Below, in pieces: positions 51,046-64,000 of a stretch of 64,000 nucleotides of DNA. The notes below the pieces were generated by a model. It saw nothing but the letters and a program-made list of their open reading frames with translations. It did no database searches and was not told the DNA's origin. The stretch covers positions 37,262,001-37,326,000 of the forward strand of contig OX597827.1 in the NCBI GenBank assembly GCA_951406725.2, in the 5' to 3' direction. A program made the position numbers and the translations under genes. The stretch's first letter is position 1. Each line of letters opens with the position of its first letter. Source of the DNA: Octopus vulgaris (lineage: Eukaryota).

Positions 51046-54000
51046 CCTACTCCTCGCCATGGCTATGCATACTTAAGCTAGTAACCTGCCGCATTCTTGA
51101 TTCCGAATTCCTTTTGCCAAGTCTGTCCGTAAACGAAGTGATCCCAAGATAAGAAATCTTTGAACTTTAATTCATCCGTATCTCTATTTATTATTATTAT
51201 TTATTAATTATTATTATTCTGATCCCCCTAGTCGCCACTCTGTTTACTATTTCAGCCTCGCCTCGTTTTTGCATATTCTGTATAATTCACTAGTTATCGT
51301 TATAGATATTTAAGATCTATCTCCCTTACAGGGCTGATTAGAAATTGGCTGCCGATTCTTCGCGGGCTTTCTCTCCCCCTCTTTTTTACATTGTCTGTCT
51401 GGACTCCTTCTCTTCCTACTCCTCGCCATGGCTATGCATACTTAAGCTAGTAACTTGCCTCATTCTTGATTCCGAATTCCTTTTGCCAAGTCTGTCCGTA
51501 AACGAAGTGATCCCAAGATAAGAAATCTTTGAACTTTAATTCATCCGTATCTCTATTTATTATTATTATTTATTAATTATTATTATTCTGATCCCCCTAG
51601 TCGCCACTCTGTTTACTATTTCAGCCTCGCCTCGTTTTTGCATATTCTGTATAATTCACTAGTTATCGTTATAGATATTTAAGATCTATCTCCCTTACAG
51701 GGCTGATTAGAAATTGGCTGCCGATTCTTCGCGGGGATTCTCTCCCCCTCTTTTTTACATTGTCTGTCTGGACTCCTTCTCTTCCTACTCCTCGCCATGG
51801 CTATGCATACTTAAGCTAGTAACTTGCCTCATTCTTGATTCCGAATTCCTTTTGCCAAGTCTGTCCGTAAACGAAGTGATCCCAAGATAAGAAATCTTTG
51901 AACTTTAATTCATCCGTATCTCTATTTATTATTATTATTTATTAATTATTATTATTCTGATCCCCCTAGTCGCCACTCTGTTTACTATTTCAGCCTCGCC
52001 TCGTTTTTGCATATTCTGTATAATTCACTAGTTATCGTTATAGATATTTAAGATCTATCTCCCTTACAGGGCTGATTAGAAATTGGCTGCCGATTCTTCG
52101 CGGGGTTTCTCTCCCCCTTTTTTTACATTGTCTGTCTGGACTCCTTCTCTTCCTACTCCTCGCCATGGCTATGCATACTTAAGCTAGTAACCTGCCTCAT
52201 TCTTGATTCCGAATTCCTTTTGCCAAGTCTGTCCGTAAACGAAGTGATCCCAAGATAAGAAATCTTTGAACTTTAATTCATCCGTATCTCTATTTATTAT
52301 TATTATTTATTAATTATTATTATTCTGATCCCCCTAGTCGCCACTCTGTTTACTATTTCAGCCTCGCCTCGTTTTTTGCATATTCTGTATAATTCACTAG
52401 TTATCGTTATAGATATTTAAGATCTATCTCCTTTACAGGGCTGATTAGAAATTGGCTGCCGATTCTTCGCGGGCTTTCTCTCCCCCTCTTTTTACATTGT
52501 CTGTCTGGACTCCTTCTCTTCCTACTCCTCGCCATGGCTATGCATACTTAAGCTAGTAACCTGCCTCATTCTTGATTCCGAATTCCTTTTGCCAAGTCTG
52601 TCCGTAAACGAAGTGATCCCAAGATAAGAAATCTTTGAACTTTAATTCATCCGTATCTCTATTTATTATTATTATTTATTAATTATTATTATTCTGATCC
52701 CCCTAGTCGCCACTCTGTTTACTATTTCAGCCTCGCCTCGTTTTTGCATATTCTGTATAATTCACTAGTTATCGTTATAGATATTTAAGATCTATCTCCC
52801 TTACAGGGCTGATTAGAAATTGGCTGCCGATTCTTCGCGGGGTTTCTCTCCCCCTCTTTTTACATTGTCTGTCTGGACTCCTTCTCTTCCTACTCCTCGC
52901 CATGGCTATGCATACTTAAGCTAGTAACCTGCCTCATTCTTGATTCCGAATTCCTTTTGCCAAGTCTGTCCGTAAACGAAGTGATCCCAAGATAAGAAAT
53001 CTTTGAACTTTAATTCATCCGTATTTCTATTTATTATTATTATTTATTAATTATTATTATTCTGATCCCCCTAGTCGCCACTCTGTTTACTATTTCAGCC
53101 TCGCCTCGTTTTTGCATATTCTGTATAATTCACTAGTTATCGTTATAGATATTTAAGATCTATCTCCCTTACAGGGCTGATTAGAAATTGGCTGCCGATA
53201 CTTCGCGGGGATTCTCTCCCCCTCTTTTTTACATTGTCTGTCTGGACTCCTTCTCTTCCTACTCCTCGCCATGGCTATGCATACTTAAGCTAGTAACTTG
53301 CCTCATTCTTGATTCCGAATTCCTTTTGCCAAGTCTGTCCGTAAACGAAGTGATCCCAAGATAAGAAATCTTTGAACTTTAATTCATCCGTATCTCTATT
53401 TATTATTATTATTTATTAATTATTATTATTCTGATCCCCCTAGTCGCCACTCTGTTTACTATTTCAGCCTCGCCTCGTTTTTGCATATTCTGTATAATTC
53501 ACTAGTTATCGTTATAGATATTTAAGATCTATCTCCCTTACAGGGCTGATTAGAAATTGGCTGCCGATTCTTCGCGGGGTTTCTCTCCCCCTCTTTTTTA
53601 CATTGTCTGTCTGGACTCCTTCTCTTCCTACTCCTCGCCATGGCTATGCATACTTAAGCTAGTAACTGCCTCATTCTTGATTCCGAATTCCTTTTGCCAA
53701 GTCTGTCCGTAAACGAAGTGATCCCAAGATAAGAAATCTTTGAACTTTAATTCATCCGTATCTCTATTTATTATTATTATTTATTAATTATTATTATTCT
53801 GATCCCCCTAGTCGCCACTCTGTTTACTATTTCAGCCTCGCCTCGTTTTTGCATATTCTGTATAATTCACTAGTTATCGTTATAGATATTTAAGATCTAT
53901 CTCCTTTACAGGGCTGATTAGAAATTGGCTGCCGATTCTTCGCGGGCTTTCTCTCCCCCTCTTTTTACATTGTCTGTCTGGACTCCTTCTCTTCCTACTC

Positions 54001-57000
54001 CTCGCCATGGCTATGCATACTTAAGCTAGTAACCTGCCTCATTCTTGATTCCGAATTCCTTTTGCCAAGTCTGTCCGTAAACGAAGTGATCCCAAGATAA
54101 GAAATCTTTGAACTTTAATTCATCCGTATCTCTATTTATTATTATTATTTATTAATTATTATTATTCTGATCCCCCTAGTCGCCACTCTGTTTACTATTT
54201 CAGCCTCGCCTCGTTTTTGCATATTCTGTATAATTCACTAGTTATCGTTATAGATATTTAAGATCTATCTCCCTTACAGGGCTGATTAGAAATTGGCTGC
54301 CGATTCTTCGCGGGGTTTCTCTCCCCCTCTTTTTACATTGTCTGTCTGGACTCCTTCTCTTCCTACTCCTCGCCATGGCTATGCATACTTAAGCTAGTAA
54401 CTTGCCTCATTCTTGATTCCGAATTCCTTTTGCCAAGTCTGTCCGTAAACGAAGTGATCCCAAGATAAGAAATCTTTGAACTTTAATTCATCCGTATCTC
54501 TATTTATTATTATTATTTATTAATTATTATTATTCTGATCCCCCTAGTCGCCACTCTGTTTACTATTTCAGCCTCGCCTCGTTTTTGCATATTCTGTATA
54601 ATTCACTAGTTATCGTTATAGATATTTAAGATCTATCTCCCTTACAGGGCTGATTAGAAATTGGCTGCCTATTCTTCGCGGGGTTTCTCTCCCCCTCTTT
54701 TTACATTGTCTGTCTGGACTCCTTCTCTTCCTACTCCTCGCCATGGCTATGCATACTTAAGCTAGTAACCTGCCTCATTCTTGATTCCGAATTCCTTTTG
54801 CCAAGTCTGTCCGTAAACGAAGTGATCCCAAGATAAGAAATCTTTGAACTTTAATTCATCCGTATCTCTATTTATTATTATTATTTATTAATTATTATTA
54901 TTCTGATCCCCCTAGTCGCCACTCTGTTTACTATTTCAGCCTCGCCTCGTTTTTGCATATTCTGTATAATTCACTAGTTATCGTTATAGATATTTAAGAT
55001 CTATCTCCCTTACAGGGCTGATTAGAAATTGGCTGCCGATTCTTCGCGGGGTTTCTCTCCCCCTCTTTTTACATTGTCTGTCTGGACTCCTTCTCTTCCT
55101 ACTCCTCGCCATGGCTATGCATACTTAAGCTAGTAACTTGCCTGCCTCATTCTTGATTCCGAATTCCTTTTGCCAAGTCTGTCCGTAAACGAAGTGATCC
55201 CAAGATAAGAAATCTTTGAACTTTAATTCATCCGTATCTCTATTTATTATTATTATTTATTAATTATTATTATTCTGATCCCCCTAGTCGCCACTCTGTT
55301 TACTATTTCAGCCTCGCCTCGTTTTTGCATATTCTGTATAATTCACTAGTTATCGTTATAGATATTTAAGATCTATCTCCCTTACAGGGCTGATTAGAAA
55401 TTGGCTGCCGATTCTTCGCGGGGTTTCTCTCCCCCTCTTTTTACATTGTCTGTCTGGACTCCTTCTCTTCCTACTCCTCGCCATGGCTATGCATACTTAA
55501 GCTAGTAACCTGCCTCATTCTTGATTCCGAATTCCTTTTGCCAAGTCTGTCCGTAAACGAAGTGATCCCAAGATAAGAAATCTTTGAACTTTACTACATC
55601 CGTATCTCTACTTATTATTATTATTTATTAATTATTATTATTCTGATCCCCCTAGTCGCCACTCTGTTTACTATTTCAGCCTCGCCTCGTTTTTGCATAT
55701 TCTGTATAATTCACTAGTTATCGTTATAGATATTTAAGATCTATCTCCCTTACAGGGCTGATTAGAAATTGGCTGCCGATTCTTCGCGGGGTTTCTCTCC
55801 CCCTCTTTTTTACATTGTCTGTCTGGACTCCTTCTCTTCCTACTCCTCGCCATGGCTATGCATACTTAAGCTAGTAACCTGCCTCATTCTTGATTCCGAA
55901 TTCCTTTTGCCAAGTCTGTCCGTAAACGAAGTGATCCCAAGATAAGAAATCTTTGAACTTTAATTCATCCGTATCTCTATTTATTATTATTATTTATTAA
56001 TTATTATTATTCTGATCCCCCTAGTCGCCACTCTGTTTATTATTTCAGCCTCGCCTCGTTTTTGCATGTTCTGTATAATTCACTAGTTATCGTTATAGAT
56101 ATTTAAGATCTATCTCCCTTACAGGGCTGATTAGAAATTGGCTGCCGATTCTTCGCGGGGTTTCTCTCCCCCTCTTTTTACATTGTCTGTCTGGACTCCT
56201 TCTCTTCCTACTCCTCGCCATGGCTATGCATACTTAAGCTAGTAACCTGCCTCATTCTTGATTCCGAATTCCTTTTGCCAAGTCTGTCCGTAAACGAAGT
56301 GATCCCAAGATAAGAAATCTTTGAACTTTAATTCATCCGTATCTCTCTATTTATTATTATTATTTATTAATTATTATTATTCTGATCCCCCTAGTCGCCA
56401 CTCTGTTTACTATTTCAGCCTCGCCTCGTTTTTGCATATTCTGTATAATTCACTAGTTATCGTTATAGATATTTAAGATCTATCTCCCTTACAGGGCTGA
56501 TTAGAAATTGGCTGCCGATTCTTCGCGGGGTTTCTCTCCCCCTCTTTTTTACATTGTCTGTCTGGACTCCTTCTCTTCCTACTCCTCGCCATGGCTATGC
56601 ATACTTAAGCTAGTAACTTGCCTCATTCTTGATTCCGAATTCCTTTTGCCAAGTCTGTCCGTAAACGAAGTGATCCCAAGATAAGAAATCTTTGAACTTT
56701 AATTCATCCGTATCTCTATTTATTATTATTATTTATTAATTATTATTATTCTGATCCCCCTAGTCGCCACTCTGTTTACTATTTCAGCCTCGCCTCGTTT
56801 TTGCATATTCTGTATAATTCACTAGTTATCGTTATAGATATTTAAGATCTATCTCCCTTACAGGGCTGATTAGAAATTGGCTGCCGATTCTTCGCGGGGT
56901 TTCTCTCCCCTCTTTTTTACATTGTCTGTCTGGACTCCTTCTCTTCCTACTCCTCGCCATGGCTATGCATACTTAAGCTAGTAACTTGCCTCATTCTTGA

Positions 57001-60000
57001 TTCCGAATTCCTTTTGCCAAGTCTGTCCGTAAACGAAGTGATCCCAAGATAAGAAATCTTTGAACTTTAATTCATCCGTATCTCTATTTATTATTATTAT
57101 TTATTAATTATTATTATTCTGATCCCCCTAGTCGCCACTCTGTTTACTATTTCAGCCTCGCCTCGTTTTTGCATATTCTGTATAATTCACTAGTTATCGT
57201 TATAGATATTTAAGATCTATCTCCCTTACAGGGCTGATTAGAAATTGGCTGCCGATTCTTCGCGGGGTTTCTCTCCCCCTCTTTTTACATTGTCTGTCTG
57301 GACTCCTTCTCTTCCTACTCCTCGCCATGGCTATGCATACTTAAGCTAGTAACTTGCCTCATTCTTGATTCCGAATTCCTTTTGCCAAGTCTGTCCGTAA
57401 ACGAAGTGATCCCAAGATAAGAAATCTTTGAACTTTAATTCATCCGTATCTCTATTTATTATTATTATTTATTAATTATTATTATTCTGATCCCCCTAGT
57501 CGCCACTCTGTTTACTATTTCAGCCTCGCCTCGTTTTTGCATATTCTGTATAATTCACTAGTTATCGTTATAGATATTTAAGATCTATCTCCCTTACAGG
57601 GCTGATTAGAAATTGGCTGCCGATTCTTCGCGGGGTTTCTCTCCCCCTCTTTTTACATTGTCTGTCTGGACTCCTTCTCTTCCTACTCCTCGCCATGGCT
57701 ATGCATACTTAAGCTAGTAACCTGCCTCATTCTTGATTCCGAATTCCTTTTGCCAAGTCTGTCCGTAAACGAAGTGATCCCAAGATAAGAAATCTTTGAA
57801 CTTTAATTCATCCGTATCTCTATTTATTATTATTATTTATTAATTATTATTATTCTGATCCCCCTAGTCGCCACTCTGTTTACTATTTCAGCCTCGCCTC
57901 GTTTTTGCATATTCTGTATAATTCACTAGTTATCGTTATAGATATTTAAGATCTATCTCCCTTACAGGGCTGATTAGAAATTGGCTGCCGATTCTTCGCG
58001 GGGTTTCTCTCCCCCTCTTTTTTACATTGTCTGTCTGGACTCCTTCTCTTCCTACTCCTCGCCATGGCTATGCATACTTAAGCTAGTAACTTGCCTCATT
58101 CTTGATTCCGAATTCCTTTTGCCAAGTCTGTCCGTAAACGAAGTGATCCCAAGATAAGAAATCTTTGAACTTTAATTCATCCGTATCTCTATTTATTATT
58201 ATTATTTATTAATTATTATTATTCTGATCCCCCTAGTCGCCACTCTGTTTACTATTTCAGCCTCGCCTCGTTTTTGCATATTCTGTATAATTCACTAGTT
58301 ATCGTTATAGATATTTAAGATCTATCTCCCTTACAGGGCTGATTAGAAATTGGCTGCCGATTCTTCGCGGGGTTTCTCTCCCCCTCTTTTTACATTGTCT
58401 GTCTGGACTCCTTCTCTTCCTACTCCTCGCCATGGCTATGCATACTTAAGCTAGTAACTTGCCTCATTCTTGATTCCGAATTCCTTTTGCCAAGTCTGTC
58501 CGTAAACGAAGTGATCCCAAGATAAGAAATCTTTGAACTTTAATTCATCCGTATCTCTATTTATTATTATTATTTATTAATTATTATTATTCTGATCCCC
58601 CTAGTCGCCACTCTGTTTACTATTTCAGCCTCGCCTCGTTTTTGCATATTCTGTATAATTCACTAGTTATCGTTATAGATATTTAAGATCTATCTCCCTT
58701 ACAGGGCTGATTAGAAATTGGCTGCCTATTCTTCGCGGGGTTTCTCTCCCCCTCTTTTTTACATTGTCTGTCTGGACTCCTTCTCTTCCTACTCCTCGCC
58801 ATGGCTATGCATACTTAAGCTAGTAACTTGCCTCATTCTTGATTCCGAATTCCTTTTGCCAAGTCTGTCCGTAAACGAAGTGATCCCAAGATAAGAAATC
58901 TTTGAACTTTAATTCATCCGTATCTCTATTTATTATTATTATTTATTAATTATTATTATTCTGATCCCCCTAGTCGCCACTCTGTTTACTATTTCAGCCT
59001 CGCCTCGTTTTTGCATGTTCTGTATAATTCACTAGTTATCGTTATAGATATTTAAGATCTATTCTCCCTTACAGGGCTGATTAGAAATTGGCTGCCGATT
59101 CTTCGCGGGGTTTCTCTCCCCCTCTTTTTACATTGTCTGTCTGGACTCCTTCTCTTCCTACTCCTCGCCATGGCTATGCATACTTAAGCTAGTAACTTGC
59201 CTCATTCTTGATTCCGAATTCCTTTTGCCAAGTCTGTCCGTAAACGAAGTGATCCCAAGATAAGAAATCTTTGAACTTTAATTCATCCGTATCTCTATTT
59301 ATTATTATTATTTATTAATTATTATTATTCTGATCCCCCTAGTCGCCACTCTGTTTACTATTTCAGCCTCGCCTCGTTTTTGCATATTCTGTATAATTCA
59401 CTAGTTATCGTTATAGATATTTAAGATCTATCTCCCTTACAGGGCTGATTAGAAATTGGCTGCCGATTCTTCGCGGGGTTTCTCTCCCCCTCTTTTTACA
59501 TTGTCTGTCTGGACTCCTTCTCTTCCTACTCCTCGCCATGGCTATGCATACTTAAGCTAGTAACTTGCCTCATTCTTGATTCCGAATTCCTTTTGCCAAG
59601 TCTGTCCGTAAACGAAGTGATCCCAAGATAAGAAATCTTTGAACTTTAATTCATCCGTATCTCTATTTATTATTATTATTTATTAATTATTATTATTCTG
59701 ATCCCCCTAGTCGCCACTCTGTTTACTATTTCAGCCTCGCCTCGTTTTTGCATATTCTGTATAATTCACTAGTTATCGTTATAGATATTTAAGATCTATC
59801 TCCCTTACAGGGCTGATTAGAAATTGGCTGCCGATTCTTCGCGGGGTTTCTCTCCCCTCTTTTTTACATTGTCTGTCTGGACTCCTTCTCTTCCTACTCC
59901 TCGCCATGGCTATGCATACTTAAGCTAGTAACTTGCCTCATTCTTGATTCCGAATTCCTTTTGCCAAGTCTGTCCGTAAACGAAGTGATCCCAAGATAAG

Positions 60001-61685
60001 AAATCTTTGAACTTTAATTCATCCGTATCTCTATTTATTATTATTATTTATTAATTATTATTATTCTGATCCCCCTAGTCGCCACTCTGTTTACTATTTC
60101 AGCCTCGCCTCGTTTTTGCATATTCTGTATAATTCACTAGTTATCGTTATAGATATTTAAGATCTATCTCCCTTACAGGGCTGATTAGAAATTGGCTGCC
60201 GATTCTTCGCGGGGTTTCTCCCCCCTCTTTTTACATTGTCTGTCTGGACTCCTTCTCTTCCTACTCCTCGCCATGGCTATGCATACTTAAGCTAGTAACT
60301 TGCCTCATTCTTGATTCCGAATTCCTTTTGCCAAGTCTGTCCGTAAACGAAGTGATCCCAAGATAAGAAATCTTTGAACTTTAATTCATCCGTATCTCTA
60401 TTTATTATTATTATTTATTAATTATTATTATTCTGATCCCCCTAGTCGCCACTCTGTTTACTATTTCAGCCTCGCCTCGTTTTTGCATATTCTGTATAAT
60501 TCACTAGTTATCGTTATAGATATTTAAGATCTATCTCCCTTACAGGGCTGATTAGAAATTGGCTGCCGATTCTTCGCGGGGTTTCTCTCCCCCTCTTTTT
60601 TACATTGTCTGTCTGGACTCCTTCTCTTCCTACTCCTCGCCATGGCTATGCATACTTAAGCTAGTAACTTGCCTCATTCTTGATTCCGAATTCCTTTTGC
60701 CAAGTCTGTCCGTAAACGAAGTGATCCCAAGATAAGAAATCTTTGAACTTTAATTCATCCGTATCTCTATTTATTATTATTATTTATTAATTATTATTAT
60801 TCTGATCCCCCTAGTCGCCACTCTGTTTACTATTTCAGCCTCGCCTCGTTTTTGCATGTTCTGTATAATTCACTAGTTATCGTTATAGATATTTAAGATC
60901 TATCTCCCTTACAGGGCTGATTAGAAATTGGCTGCCGATTCTTCGCGGGGTTTCTCTCCCCTCTTTTTTACATTGTCTGTCTGGACTCCTTCTCTTCCTA
61001 CTCCTCGCCATGGCTATGCATACTTAAGCTAGTAACTTGCCTCATTCTTGATTCCGAAGTCCTTTTGCCAAGTCTGTCCGTAAACGAAGTGATCCCAAGA
61101 TAAGAAATCTTTGAACTTTAATTCATCCGTATCTCTATTTATTATTTTTATTTATTAATTATTATTATTCTGATCCCCCTAGTCGCCACTCTGTTTACTA
61201 TTTCAGCCTCGCCTCGTTTTTGCATATTCTGTATAATTCACTAGTTATCGTTATAGATATTTAAGATCTATCTCCCTTACAGGGCTGATTAGAAATTGGC
61301 TGCCGATTCTTCGCGGGGTTTCTCTCCCCCTCTTTTTTACATTGTCTGTCTGGACTCCTTCTCTTCCTACTCCTCGCCATGGCTATGCATACTTAAGCTA
61401 GTAACTTGCCTCATTCTTGATTCCGAATTCCTTTTGCCAAGTCTGTCCGTAAACGAAGTGATCCCAAGATAAGAAATCTTTGAACTTTAATTCATCCGTA
61501 TCTCTATTTATTATTATTATTTATTAATTATTATTATTCTGATCCCCCTAGTCGCCACTCTGTTTACTATTTCAGCCTCGCCTCGTTTTTGCATGTTCTG
61601 TATAATTCACTAGTTATCGTTATAGATATTTAAGATCTATCTCCCTTACAGGGCTGATTAGAAATTGGCTGCCGATTCTTCGCGG
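51044..61685. repeat. Satellite-like tandem array, about 29 copies of a 368-369 bp monomer
   Basis: TCCTCGCCATGGCTATGC recurs at 51051, 51420, 51789, 52157 and so on to 61371. Monomers differ by only a few substitutions or indels. Confidence 0.99.
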
Positions 61686-61761
61686 CGCGCCCGCCCTACC
61701 CACCCCCACCACCAATACCGGATATCTCTATTTTGCTCCAACTATACCGGATGTCGTTTCT

Positions 61762-62392
61762 CCCACCACCATTATAGGTGTCTACTCTTTGAACCCCCCT
61801 CTTCAATACGCTATTTCACCATGCATTACCCCTCTCTCGATATCCTACGTTCTACTTGCCTAGAACCTGTCCTCTGAACCACCCCTCCCACTGGTGCTCC
61901 CCTATATTTCTGCACCTCCCCCAACCACCATTATAGGTGTCTACTCTTTGAACCCCCCTCTTCAATACACTATTTCACCATGCATTACCCCTCTCTCGAT
62001 ATCCTACGTCCTACTTGCCTAGAACCTGTCCTCTGAACCACCCCTCCCACTGGTGCTCCCCTATATTTCTGCACCCCCCACCACCATTATAGGTGTCTAC
62101 TCATTGAACCCCCTCTTCAATACACTATTTCACCATGCATTACCCCTCTCTCGATATCCTACGTCCTACTTGCCTAGAACCTGTCCTCTGAACCACCCCT
62201 CCCACTGGTGCTCCCCTATATTTCTGCACCCCCCCACCACCATTATAGGTGTCTACTCATTGAACCCCCCTCTTCAATACGCTATTTCACCATGCATTAC
62301 CCCTCTCTCGATATCCTACGTTCTAGTTGCCTAGTACCTGTCCTCTGATCCACCCCTCCCGCTGGTGCTCCCCTATATTTCTGAACCCCCCC
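61762..62392. repeat. Tandem array, 4 copies of a C-rich unit of about 157 bp
   Basis: ATTATAGGTGTCTACTC at 61771, 61930, 62086 and 62242. Confidence 0.97.
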
Positions 62393-62393
62393 A

Positions 62394-62642
62394 TAAAAAA
62401 AAGCACCATCCGAACGTGGCCGATGCCAGACCCCTCTGGCACCTGTGCAGGTGGCACGTAAAAACACCCACTACACTCGCGGAGTGGTTGGCGTTAGAAA
62501 GGGCATCCAGCTGTAGAAACACTGCCAGACTAGACTGGAGCCTGGGGCAGTCCCGAGCTCCCCAGACCCCGGTCGAAACCGTCCAACTCGTGCTAGCGCG
62601 GAAAACGGACGCTAAACGATGACGATGATGATGATGATGATG
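62394..62642 (+). mobile_element. RTE-type tail element (GTGGCACGTAAAAA family)
   Basis: Similar to about 45940-46182; ends CGGACGCTAAACGATGACGATGATG. Confidence 0.85.
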
Positions 62643-63469
62643 TATATATATATATAATGTGTGCATTACGTAGTCGGTCGATTCAGCTGAAAATATGCAC
62701 ACCTATGTTAAAGGTGCTGACAAGTTTGCATGACAACTATTTTTTTCCTCAAATGAAAGGCGTCACCTCTAGGACAAAATTCCTCATCTTATAAAATGTG
62801 GCCCCAGTAGACCCGAATGAAATCGGGTTATATTAACCAAAATGTGAAAAGGGGTCTAAATGGGGCTGGAAGGGGATTAAAATTTCAAGGAGCGGGTGTT
62901 TAGGAATTCTATGTTACATCAAGCTAAAAAATTTGCGCCATCCTTTTAATTGTCAATGTGTTGCCGTCCATGATAAAGAAGTTTTGAATGCTTGCCATGG
63001 TGAGTCTACTGTCGTGAGAAAGAATCACTTCAAAACTTGGTGTTTACGAATTTTCTTTTACATCAAGTTCAAAATTTTACGCCAGCTGTTAAACTGTCAC
63101 TACGTTGCTGTCCGTCGTTAACAAATGCCAGCCATGGTGACTCTACTATCCTCAGATTCTATCCCTTCAAACTTTGGTTTCCAATATTTTATTATTTTTA
63201 TTCAGCTCGCAAGTTCGTCTGTCCCTTTTAAATGTTAGCGTTTTGCTGTCTGCCTTCAAGCAGACCTTTCCATTGCCACTGCCTCATATTTCTGATTGAT
63301 CTTTCTAAATATTTTATTTCTCAACTTACTCAAGATCTTCTGTTGTTTATAAATGGGAGAGAGATAGATAAAGATAGAGAGTAAGAGCTAGCGAGGGAGA
63401 GTCCGAGAGAAAAGAAAAGTAAGAGAGTGGGAAAGTGAGAGAGAAAGGAGAGAGAAACAAATACGGAGG

Positions 63470-63775
63470 ATCATCATCATCATCGTTAAACGTCTGTTTT
63501 CCGTGCTAGCACGGGTTGGGCAGTGCGACCGGGGTCTCGGAAGCCAGGAGACTGCACCAGGCTCCAGTCTGATCTGGCAGTGTTTCTACAGGTGGATGAC
63601 CTTCCTAACGCCAACTACTCTGTGAGTATAGTGGGTGCTTTTTTCGTGCCGTCGGCACTGGTGCCAGGGGGCTCGCAGTGGCAACGATCAGTTGGTGCTT
63701 TTTACGTGCCACCGGCACAGAAGCAAGTCAAGGCAGTGCTGCAATCGGCCACGTTCGGATGGGGCATTTTATGTG
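63470..63775 (-). mobile_element. RTE-type tail element (GTGGCACGTAAAAA family), inverted
   Basis: CATCATCGTTAAACGTC..GGTGCTTTTTACGTGCCACCGGCAC is the reverse complement of the same family. Confidence 0.85.
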
Positions 63776-63843
63776 CTGAAAGGAAGCAACAGAAAGTAAC
63801 AACCACACTCTTACCCGCGCGTAGAGCGAGTCACCTTCAGCTA

Positions 63844-63888
<45 letters not shown>

Positions 63889-63962
63889 CACACACACACA
63901 CACAAGCACACATGCACTAGAACAGATTAAACACCTTCATAATTGCACTCAAATATTTATCA

Positions 63963-63997
<35 letters not shown>

Positions 63998-64000
63998 CAT

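Noticed and set aside
51044-61685. CRISPR-like or coding tandem array
   Set aside because: There are no unique spacers and whole monomers repeat. No ORF of 60 aa or more lies within the array; the short minus-strand frame DELKFKDFLSWDHF..EAGY* lacks a start and credible splice sites.
347-63930. Most ORFs in the supplied track (YIYI, HTHT, CVCV, poly-I/L/Y/D/M)
   Set aside because: They are translations of microsatellites or SINE sequence, not genes.

Overview
AT-rich, microsatellite-dense eukaryotic intronic/intergenic DNA. The SINE families look like those of Octopus (coleoid cephalopod); that assignment is by recognition only. No intact protein-coding gene is visible, only one good and one weak isolated exon candidate. 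The window is mostly decayed transposons: a pogo/Tigger relic, Helitron helicase and Rep relics plus a non-autonomous Helitron, RTE and Dong/R4 LINE fragments, a Gypsy integrase with PPT and 3' LTR, two mariners (one full length), DD37D (maT) derivatives and many tRNA-derived SINEs. A very homogeneous 10.6-kb array of about 29 x 369 bp monomers, with a 4-mer higher-order signature, is followed by a 4 x 157 bp array. The most interesting hidden signal is a set of hammerhead-ribozyme motifs in non-coding repeats. One is near-canonical (38012-38064, minus strand) and others sit inside long fold-back palindromes. This suggests Penelope-type or retrozyme-like non-autonomous elements. All structures and alignments were derived by eye and many boundaries are approximate.
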